From Actinomycetota bacterium (GTDB taxonomy: Bacteria > Actinomycetota > UBA4738 > JACQTL01): 64,000 nucleotides of DNA. Location of the stretch: assembly GCA_045805265.1 (NCBI GenBank), contig JBJMLO010000011.1:110148-174147 (forward strand). The letters are read 5' to 3'. A program made the translations under genes and the position numbers. The notes below the pieces were generated by a model, which ran no database searches, was not told the origin of the DNA, and saw only the letters and a program-made list of their open reading frames with translations. The stretch's first letter is position 1; each line of letters begins with the position of its first letter. This document shows positions 57,387 through 64,000 of the stretch, in pieces.

Positions 57387-58061
57387 CTAACTCCCACGGC
57401 CCGACTTGGAGGACGACGCCCGCGACGAGCCCTTCGACGAGCCGTCCTTCCTGATCCAGCGCCGGTACACGAACCGCCCCCCGAAGAACAGCACGATGAG
57501 CGCCAGGAGCCCCCACCCGAACCGGGAGAGGACGGTGTCGATCGTGTGGATCTGGGATTCCAGGAAGTAGCCCAGCAACGACACGCCCACCGCCCACACG
57601 GTGACCGAGGGGACGTCGAACAACAGGAACCGGCCGTAGCGCATCTTCGACATGCCGGCCACGAACGGGAGGAAGGTGCCGGCAACCGAGACATAGCGCC
57701 CTATGAACACCGTCTTGCCGCCGTTCCGGCGGAAGAAGTCCTCGGTCTTGGTGAGGTCGTCGGCCCACCGCCGCAGGATCGGGACCCTCCGCAGCAGCCG
57801 AGCCCCGTACCGGCGGCCCAGCCAGTACCCGACGGATTCCCCCGCGAGGCCGGCCGCCGCCCCCACCGCGATCACGGACGGGAGTGTCAGGACGTGCCGG
57901 GCGGCGTACACGCCCCCCACGGCCAGCACGACGTCGCCGGGAATGATCAGCCCGAGGAACGCCGAGCGGTCCGCGAACACCCCGGCGAACACGATGTAGT
58001 ACCCGGCCACGGCGAACGCCGGGCCAACCCACTTCACCAGCTGCTCGATGATCGCGACCAC
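57387..58061 (-). CDS. DedA/VTT-family membrane protein
   Basis: GTG at 58061. Characteristic GYYIVFAGVFADRSAFLGLIIPGDVVLAVGGVYAA and GRYVSVAGTFLPFVAGMSKMRY motifs of the DedA (SNARE-associated) family. Confidence 0.7.
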   Translation of the reverse strand: MVAIIEQLVKWVGPAFAVAGYYIVFAGVFADRSAFLGLIIPGDVVLAVGGVYAARHVLTLPSVIAVGAAAGLAGESVGYWLGRRYGARLLRRVPILRRWADDLTKTEDFFRRNGGKTVFIGRYVSVAGTFLPFVAGMSKMRYGRFLLFDVPSVTVWAVGVSLLGYFLESQIHTIDTVLSRFGWGLLALIVLFFGGRFVYRRWIRKDGSSKGSSRASSSKSGRGS

Positions 58062-58219
58062 GTCGGTCTTCCGTGAGCTCCCGGGCCCCCGACCGAGGGA
58101 ACCGACGGCCTCCACGGCCGCCCGACCCCGATCGTATCGCCCCCTCCCGGCATGGCAGCCACCGGGTGCGGGTAGACTGCCCGGGAACACGCCGTGCACT
58201 CGGAAGGAGGCGCGAGCCG

Positions 58220-59011
58220 ATGAGCATCACCGTCCGGGACCTCCGGACCTTCAAGGCGGAAGGCAGGCGATTCGCCATGCTCACCGCCTACGACTACCCC
58301 ACCGCACAGATCCTGGACGAAGCCGGGATCCCCGTGCTGCTGGTGGGCGACTCACTGGCGCAGACGATCCTCGGCTACGAGACGACGCTGCCGGTGACGA
58401 TGGAGGAGATGCTCCATCACACGAGGGCCGTCGCCCGAGGCGCGAACGACGCGCTGATCGTCGGCGACATGCCGTTCCTCTCGTACCAGGTCTCGGTCGA
58501 GGAGGGCGTGACCAACGCCGGGCGGTTCCTCAAGGAGGGCGGCGCCCACGCCGTCAAGATCGAGGGCTGGATGCCGGAGCTGGCCGAGGCGCTGTCGAGC
58601 CGTGGCATCCCGGTGATGGCCCACCTGGGCCTGACCCCCCAGTCCGTGCACGCCATGGGGGGCTACCGGGTCCAGGGCCGGACCGAGGAGGACGCCCAGC
58701 GGCTGGTCCAGCAGGCGTCCGGCATGGAGAAGGCCGGCGCCTTTTCGCTGGTGCTGGAGGGCATCCCCTCCGAGCTCGGGCGAGAGATCACCCAAGGGCT
58801 GCAGATCCCGACCATCGGCATCGGTGCGGGCCCCGACTGCGACGGCCAGGTGCTGGTGCTCACCGACCTCCTCGGGATCAACAGCGGCAGGTACCCCAAG
58901 TTCGCGAAGCCGTACGCGAACCTCCGCGAGGAGATCGCGAGGGCGGCCCGCGCCTACGCGACCGACGTGGAGGGGGGCCGGTTCCCGGACGAGGAGCACT
59001 CGTACAGCTGA
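58220..59011 (+). CDS. panB: 3-methyl-2-oxobutanoate hydroxymethyltransferase (ketopantoate hydroxymethyltransferase)
   Basis: ATG at 58220 with GGAAGGAGG at 58203-58211. MLTAYDYPTAQILDEAGIPVLLVGDSLAQTILGYETT and the GADALIVGD-type motif. Confidence 0.9.
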   Translation: MSITVRDLRTFKAEGRRFAMLTAYDYPTAQILDEAGIPVLLVGDSLAQTILGYETTLPVTMEEMLHHTRAVARGANDALIVGDMPFLSYQVSVEEGVTNAGRFLKEGGAHAVKIEGWMPELAEALSSRGIPVMAHLGLTPQSVHAMGGYRVQGRTEEDAQRLVQQASGMEKAGAFSLVLEGIPSELGREITQGLQIPTIGIGAGPDCDGQVLVLTDLLGINSGRYPKFAKPYANLREEIARAARAYATDVEGGRFPDEEHSYS

Positions 59012-59149
59012 ACCGCCCTGTTGGGATCGCCCGACATCGCGGTGACCGCCGGTCAGTGGGATAGTTGGCCGAACGGGGAGACCGGCGAAGCGCGACGGGA
59101 GGCGCTTCGGGTCCCGTCCGCTCGCTGACCGGAAAATCCCCCGCCGGGC

Positions 59150-59899
59150 GTGACATCACCATTAGACTCCCCCGGACGCGTTGAGGGGCGGCGTCTGTTC
59201 GCCCCTGTGGAGGTTCAGGTGGCGGACAGTTCCGACGGCCGGATCACGCTGCTGATCTGTGACGACCACAAGCTGTTGACGGATTCCCTGGCCACGGTCG
59301 TCAACGCCGAGCCGGACATGGCGCTCGTGAGCGACCCGGTGGACGACCCGGCGGCGGCGGTCGAGCTGGTGCTGGAGCGGCGCCCCGACGTGGTCCTCAT
59401 GGACGTCGGCTTCACGACCTCGCCGATGGATGGGTTCGAGGCCACCCGGCGCATCAAGGCGGCCTCGCCCGAGACCAGCGTGATCATCATGACCGCCTCG
59501 ACGGAGGAGTCGGACCTGGTGGCGGGCGTCGAGGCGGGCGCTGCCGCATTCCTCACCAAGACCGAGGCCGTCGAGGAGGTCCTCGCGGCCGTGCGAGGCG
59601 CGGCGGACGGGGAGATCCTGATCGACCCCCGGCTGCTGTCCCGGGCCCTGCACCTGGTGGCCCGCGACCGGGAGGCCCGCCGGCACGCCGAGGTGCTGCT
59701 CGGCCAGCTGACCGGGCGGGAGCGGCAGGTGCTCCAGCTGCTGGCCCAGGGGAAGCGGAACGAGGGCATCGCCCAGGAGCTGTTCATCAGCCAGCAGACC
59801 GTGCAGACGCACGTCCGGAACATCCTGGCCAAGCTCCGCGTGCACTCGAAGCTCGAGGCGGTCTCGTTCGCGATCCGCCACGGTGCCGTGCACGTCTGA
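59150..59899 (+). CDS. NarL/LuxR-family response regulator (orphan: no adjacent histidine kinase)
   Basis: Receiver (LLICDDH, VVLMDVGF, IIMTAS, AFLTK) plus LuxR helix-turn-helix (LTGRERQVLQLLAQGKRNEGIAQELFISQQTVQTHV). The N-terminal about 25 aa is uncertain. Confidence 0.8.
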   Translation: MTSPLDSPGRVEGRRLFAPVEVQVADSSDGRITLLICDDHKLLTDSLATVVNAEPDMALVSDPVDDPAAAVELVLERRPDVVLMDVGFTTSPMDGFEATRRIKAASPETSVIIMTASTEESDLVAGVEAGAAAFLTKTEAVEEVLAAVRGAADGEILIDPRLLSRALHLVARDREARRHAEVLLGQLTGRERQVLQLLAQGKRNEGIAQELFISQQTVQTHVRNILAKLRVHSKLEAVSFAIRHGAVHV

Positions 59900-59920
59900 G
59901 CTTCCGCCCGGCCGTGCGAG

Positions 59921-61258
59921 ATGATGCGGCCGATGCAGGAGGCACTCGAAGAGCCACCCGAAGCTTCGCCACGCGACCGTCGGCGACCCCGCGAGATCTG
60001 GCTGGGGCACGTGCTGATCGCCGTCCTGGTGGCCTGCCTGGCGGGGCTGTGGCTGAAGAGCCAGCCGGACCCCGCCCACGGGTTCCGGGTCGACTGCGCC
60101 GCCGGGGGGTGGAGCGGCCAGCAGTACTCGCACCTGTGCTACAGCGACATCGTGCCCCTGCTCGGGACCGAGCACCTCGACGGCGGCCGCCTCCCCTTCC
60201 TGAACGGGTGCCCCGACCAGGAGACCTGCGACGAGTACCCGGTGCTCACCATGTACGTGATGCGCCTCGCGGCGTGGGGGTCGAGCGGCTACGCGGGGTT
60301 CTTCTTCGCGAACGCGCTGTGGCTGGCCATCGCCGCGGGCGTGACGGCCGTGTGCCTGTACCTGGTCGCCGGGCGTCGGGCGCTGTGGTTCGCGCTCGCC
60401 CCGACGCTCGTGATCTACGGGTTCATGAACTGGGACCTGCTGGCCGTGGCGTTCGCCGCGGCGGGGATGCTGGCGTTCTTCCGGGGGCGGGACGTCGCCG
60501 CCGGTGCCCTGTTCGGGCTCGGCGCCGCCGCCAAGCTGTTCCCAGCGCTGCTGGTGATCCCGTTCGCCGCCGAGCTGTTCCGCCGGCGCGAGCCCGACCG
60601 GGGGATCCATCTCGCGTGGGCCGCGGCGGGGACGTGGGTCGCGGTGAACCTTCCGTTCGCGCTGTTCGGGTGGCGGGGATGGACGGAGTTCTTCCGGTTC
60701 AACGCGAAACGACCCACGGACTTCGACAGCCTGTGGTACATCGGCTGCCACCTGGCCGGGCACGACGGGTGCGTACCAGTGAACGTGGTGAACGTCGTCG
60801 CGATCGCCGCGTTCTTGGCCGGAACGGCCGGCCTATGGGCCTGGCGGCGGACCCGGGACCCCGGGTTCCCCCGGTGGACGCTGGCGCTTCCCGCCGTCGT
60901 GCTGTTCCTGCTGACGAACAAGGTGTACTCGCCGCAGTACGGGGTGTGGCTCCTCCCGCTGTTCGTCGTGGCGCTCCCGCCGCTCGGGACGATCCGGCCG
61001 CTCGCGCTGTTCGTGGCGTTCGAGGCGACGGACGTCGCCGTGTTCCTCACCCGGTTCACCTGGTTCCACACCATTGCCCCGTACAACGGAGGTGGTGCAC
61101 CATTCGGGGCGTTCGAGGCGGCGGTGCTGGCCCGGGCCGCCGTGCTGGTGCTGTGTCTGGTGGCATGGGTGACGGGACCGTTCGACGAGTTGAAGGGACC
61201 CGCGATGGCCGGTGAGGATCGCGCGGGACGGCGGGCGGCGGTGGGGGCCGGCGCGTGA
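59921..61258 (+). CDS. polytopic membrane protein, DUF2029/GT87-like (putative polyprenyl-phosphate-mannose-dependent glycosyltransferase)
   Basis: Many TM helices. Segment GFMNWDLLAVAFAAAGMLAF...GLGAAAKLFPALLVIPFAAEL resembles the DUF2029 family (from recollection). Confidence 0.45.
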   Translation: MMRPMQEALEEPPEASPRDRRRPREIWLGHVLIAVLVACLAGLWLKSQPDPAHGFRVDCAAGGWSGQQYSHLCYSDIVPLLGTEHLDGGRLPFLNGCPDQETCDEYPVLTMYVMRLAAWGSSGYAGFFFANALWLAIAAGVTAVCLYLVAGRRALWFALAPTLVIYGFMNWDLLAVAFAAAGMLAFFRGRDVAAGALFGLGAAAKLFPALLVIPFAAELFRRREPDRGIHLAWAAAGTWVAVNLPFALFGWRGWTEFFRFNAKRPTDFDSLWYIGCHLAGHDGCVPVNVVNVVAIAAFLAGTAGLWAWRRTRDPGFPRWTLALPAVVLFLLTNKVYSPQYGVWLLPLFVVALPPLGTIRPLALFVAFEATDVAVFLTRFTWFHTIAPYNGGGAPFGAFEAAVLARAAVLVLCLVAWVTGPFDELKGPAMAGEDRAGRRAAVGAGA

Positions 61259-61307
61259 AGGCGACCCGGGCGGCGAGCGTCGGCGTGAGGAGGACCGAGC
61301 GGTGGCC

Positions 61308-62642
61308 GTGACCGCACGAGCCGGCGCGGCGGCCACCCGGATCCGGGGGCTGTTCGCGCGGGCCGGCGGCGGGGGTTCCTCCCCGTGGGAGGGCATCCGG
61401 TACTGCCTGCTGGTTTTCCTCGGGATGCGGGTGGCGCTGGGAGTGCTGGCGGTGGTCGCCCTGGGAACGCTCCCCCACCCGGCGGCGTCCGTCGGCGTGC
61501 CGGGATGGCCGGCGCCCGCGTTCACCCCCGGGCCGCACAACTTCGTGACCGGGTGGGAGCGGGCCGACGCGCTGTGGTACCTGCGGATCGCCGACGGGGG
61601 GTACAGCGCGACGGACGGCAGCGCCGCCTTCTTCCCGCTGTATCCGCTGGCCGTCCGGGGGCTGTCCTGGGTCCTCGGCGGGCATCCCCTCGCCGCCGGG
61701 CTGCTGGTGGCGAACGTCGCGCTCCTCGCCGGACTGGTCCTGCTGTACCGGCTCACGGAGCGGGAGTTCTCGACCGCGGTGGCCCGCACCGCCGTGCTGG
61801 TGGTCGTGCTGTTCCCGGCGTCGTTCTTCTTCCTGGCGCCCTTCAGCGAGGCCCTGTTCCTGCTGCTCGCCGTGGCCTCGTTCTCCGCGGCCCGGCGGCG
61901 ACGATGGGCATGGGCCGGGGCGTTCGGGGCGCTGGCGGCGCTCACCCGGAGCGTGGGCGTCGCGCTCGCGCCGGCGCTGATGGCGGAGGCCGTCCACCAG
62001 TTCCTCGAGGCCAGGCACGGCGCGGTCGTCGGCCTCGGCGACGGCCTCCGGGCCCTGGACGGGGACGGGAGGGGGACGCCCTCGGCGCACATCGCGCTCC
62101 CGGCGGCCGGCGGCGTGGACGCGTCGACGCGGCGGCTCGCAGGGCGCATGGCGCTGGCCACCCTGCCCGTGGTGGGCCTGGTGTCGTACCTGGCCTACTG
62201 GGGGGCGCGGACCGGCGACTGGCTGGCTCCCTACCACGCCCAGGTGCAGTGGCAGCGAACGGCCCAGCTGCCCTGGGTCACGGTGGGCCACGCCACCCAG
62301 CAGGCGTTCGCCGGGCTGGGAACCTTCCCCGACACCTATCACCTGCTCGACTGGCTGGTGGTGATCCCGTGCCTGGCCGCCGCCGGCTACGCCGCCTGGC
62401 GGTTCCGGCCCGCATACGGCATCTTCACCTGGGGATGCCTGCTGCCTCCGCTGTCGTACATCTTCGCCCCGCGGGCGTTCATGTCCGACCCCCGGTTCCT
62501 CGCGCCGCTGTTCCCGGTGTTCTGGGCCGTCGCGGTGCTCGTCGAACGAGGCCGGCTGCCCCGTACGGCCGTCCTGGCGCTCTCGGCCGCCGGACTCGCG
62601 ATCATGACCTCGCTCTTCGTCGCCAGGTACTACGTCTTCTGA
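61308..62642 (+). CDS. polytopic membrane protein, PIG-V-like mannosyltransferase family (GT-C)
   Basis: GTG at 61308 after GAGGAGG (61286-61292); the ATG at 61212 would overlap the upstream gene by 47 nt. WERADALWYLRIADGGY...FFPLYP resembles the Mannos_trans_2 (PIG-V) family (from recollection). Confidence 0.45.
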   Translation: MTARAGAAATRIRGLFARAGGGGSSPWEGIRYCLLVFLGMRVALGVLAVVALGTLPHPAASVGVPGWPAPAFTPGPHNFVTGWERADALWYLRIADGGYSATDGSAAFFPLYPLAVRGLSWVLGGHPLAAGLLVANVALLAGLVLLYRLTEREFSTAVARTAVLVVVLFPASFFFLAPFSEALFLLLAVASFSAARRRRWAWAGAFGALAALTRSVGVALAPALMAEAVHQFLEARHGAVVGLGDGLRALDGDGRGTPSAHIALPAAGGVDASTRRLAGRMALATLPVVGLVSYLAYWGARTGDWLAPYHAQVQWQRTAQLPWVTVGHATQQAFAGLGTFPDTYHLLDWLVVIPCLAAAGYAAWRFRPAYGIFTWGCLLPPLSYIFAPRAFMSDPRFLAPLFPVFWAVAVLVERGRLPRTAVLALSAAGLAIMTSLFVARYYVF

Positions 62643-62743
62643 CGGAACCCGAGCCCCGGTCAGGCGCCGGGGCGGGCGGCGGCTCTTCGTCGAACTTTTC
62701 CCCGAAAGCCTTCAACTCCGGCGCGGGGCATGCCGAACGTAGA

Positions 62744-63439
62744 ATGGACATGATTGAAACCATGCTGCAACAGGAGCCCGCGCGCTCGGAGGAATCCCGC
62801 GTGACGATCAGGGTTGCCATCGCCGACGACCACTCTCTGGTGCGCCAGGGTCTCCGGCGCTATCTGGATACGGCCGGCGACATCGACGTCGTGGGCGAGG
62901 CGTCCACCGGCCAGGAGGCAGTGGCGCTGGTCGACTCGGAGTCACCGGACATCGTCCTGCTCGACATCCGGATGCCGGAGATGGACGGCCTCGAGGCCGC
63001 CCGGAAGATCCGGGACCGGTTCCCCAAGGTCGGCGTGATCATGCTGACCGCCTACGACGACCGCCAGTTCGTGGTGGAGGCCGTCCGCGCGGGTGCCCGG
63101 GGCTACGTGCTCAAGGCGCGCGACGCGGAGCACCTGATCCAGACGGTGCGGCTCGTCGCCGGCGGCAACATGGTGATCGACCCCCAGCTGGTCGTGGCCC
63201 TCGCCGAGGAGCTCTCCACCGTGAAGGAGCGCGACCGCAAGGCCGACTCGCTGACCGCCCGGGAGATCGAGGTCCTCCAACTGCTCGCCTTCGGCCACAC
63301 GAACCGCGACATCGCGGAGAAGCTGTTCATCTCCCCGGACACCGTGAAGACGCACCTCGAGCACATCTTCGAGAAGCTGGGGGCGTCCGACCGGACCGCC
63401 GCGGTCGCCGAGGCACTGCGCCGCCGCCTGATCGAGTGA
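62744..63439 (+). CDS. NarL/LuxR-family response regulator (orphan)
   Basis: IRVAIADDHSLVRQGL, DIVLLDIRMPEMDG, VIMLTAYDD, GARGYVLK plus LuxR helix-turn-helix (LTAREIEVLQLLAFGHTNRDIAEKLFISPDTVKTHL). ATG at 62744; alternative GTG at about 62801. The ORF-track entry 61385-63439 is a read-through artefact. Confidence 0.85.
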   Translation: MDMIETMLQQEPARSEESRVTIRVAIADDHSLVRQGLRRYLDTAGDIDVVGEASTGQEAVALVDSESPDIVLLDIRMPEMDGLEAARKIRDRFPKVGVIMLTAYDDRQFVVEAVRAGARGYVLKARDAEHLIQTVRLVAGGNMVIDPQLVVALAEELSTVKERDRKADSLTAREIEVLQLLAFGHTNRDIAEKLFISPDTVKTHLEHIFEKLGASDRTAAVAEALRRRLIE

Positions 63440-63653
63440 TCCCGCCCGGCCCCCGGGCCGGTGACATGGATGTCGGTGTGCGGGTTCCCGTCGGCTTCGG
63501 TATGCGTGCTGCGCCGGTGAGCGACCTTCCCCTGCCCGGTGGTGCGCCGTCGGCCGGTCCGCCACCGAGCCGATCTGCTCCGGACGAAAGCCCCCGGAAG
63601 CCCGATCGGGCTGAAGCGGCGCCCCGTTCCGGCCGATACGTCCCAATGAGCCC

Positions 63654-64000
63654 ATGCAGAGATCACTGTCCGGCACCAGTCGAGGTTCACGCACCGTGCG
63701 CCCGACGAAACGGGTACTCCACGCCGCGCCGGGCTTCCTGCCGGACGCGGAGGATGACCCCGCCGCGGCTCGCCCGAGACCGTCACGCGCCCCCCTCGCG
63801 CTCCTCGCGCTGAGCGCCGTCGCGCTCGTGTCCGCCCAGGTCCTGATGCCGAGCGGATTCCGCGGCCGGGCCGTGGTGACGTCCTCGACCGGCATGGTCG
63901 CCGGCGCCGTGGCGGCCGGCGTGGTCCTCCTGGCGTCCCGCCGCCCGGACGCCTGGGCGTCCGCCAGGCGGTACGGCCTGGCCCTCGTTGCGCTCGTCCT
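63654..64000 (+). CDS. possible secreted/membrane protein, 5' partial (runs off the window end)
   Basis: ATG at 63654 opens a frame that is still open at 64000. It contains a signal-peptide-like stretch RAPLALLALSAVALVSAQVLMPSG and a second hydrophobic segment. Open frames are common by chance at this GC, so confidence is low. Confidence 0.25.
   Translation, partial: MQRSLSGTSRGSRTVRPTKRVLHAAPGFLPDAEDDPAAARPRPSRAPLALLALSAVALVSAQVLMPSGFRGRAVVTSSTGMVAGAVAAGVVLLASRRPDAWASARRYGLALVALV

Noticed and set aside
61385-63439. 684-aa ORF running through the PIG-V-like gene into the last response regulator
   Set aside because: Alternative-frame read-through (Arg/Gly/Pro-rich) of the membrane protein gene. 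The regulator has its own ATG at 62744.
62942-63895. 317-aa minus-strand ORF
   Set aside because: Antisense of the LuxR-type regulator; no coherent domain.

Overview
This is a high-GC (roughly 70%) stretch of bacterial chromosome. The gene order (dnaK-grpE-dnaJ-hspR, many GTG starts, 4-nt overlaps between adjacent stop and start codons) is typical of Actinomycetota. Most of the window is conserved housekeeping DNA.

Main contents, from start to end:
- 1-1557: the 3' end of a 2-oxoacid dehydrogenase E2 gene, a BtuF-like solute-binding protein gene and a small ORF.
- 1.7-13.8 kb: an unusually complete same-strand purine cluster, purA-purD-purE-purB-purC-purS-purQ | purL-purF-purM-CheY-like regulator. 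A convergent PPOX-family gene interrupts it between purQ and purL.
- 13.9-28.9 kb: an accessory-like region. It holds a dodecin, a DUF2090 aldolase-like protein, membrane proteins, an ECF sigma/anti-sigma pair, an operon-like trio (MBL hydrolase, low-GC zinc-ribbon protein, tandem-repeat protein of unknown function), a GT2 polyprenyl-phosphate glycosyltransferase with an MFS transporter, a low-GC secreted protein, LemA with a transmembrane partner, and two LLM oxidoreductase paralogs flanking a decayed vapBC toxin-antitoxin remnant.
- 29.1-36.6 kb: dnaK-grpE-dnaJ-hspR-GNAT-clpB heat-shock locus, with a HAIR-like operator and a TTGACA-N17-TAATAT promoter upstream of dnaK.
- 36.8-49.2 kb: an SLT lipoprotein, a membrane Fe-S/CCG reductase, then a same-strand cluster of a NarL-type two-component system, an 884-aa HEAT-repeat protein, a GT4 glycosyltransferase fused to HEAT repeats, and a UDP-glucose 6-dehydrogenase. 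I rate this cluster the most unusual candidate system.
- 49.3-53.4 kb: trpD, tRNA-Gly(CCC), endonuclease III, and dnaB interrupted by a 170-aa mini-intein.
- 53.7-63.4 kb: rpsF-ssb-rpsR-rplI, dedA, panB, three putative polytopic membrane glycosyltransferases and two orphan LuxR-type response regulators.

I found no rRNA, CRISPR array, transposase, integrase or phage genes. Many ORFs in the supplied six-frame track are Arg/Pro/Gly-rich antisense or read-through artefacts of the high GC content and were not annotated.
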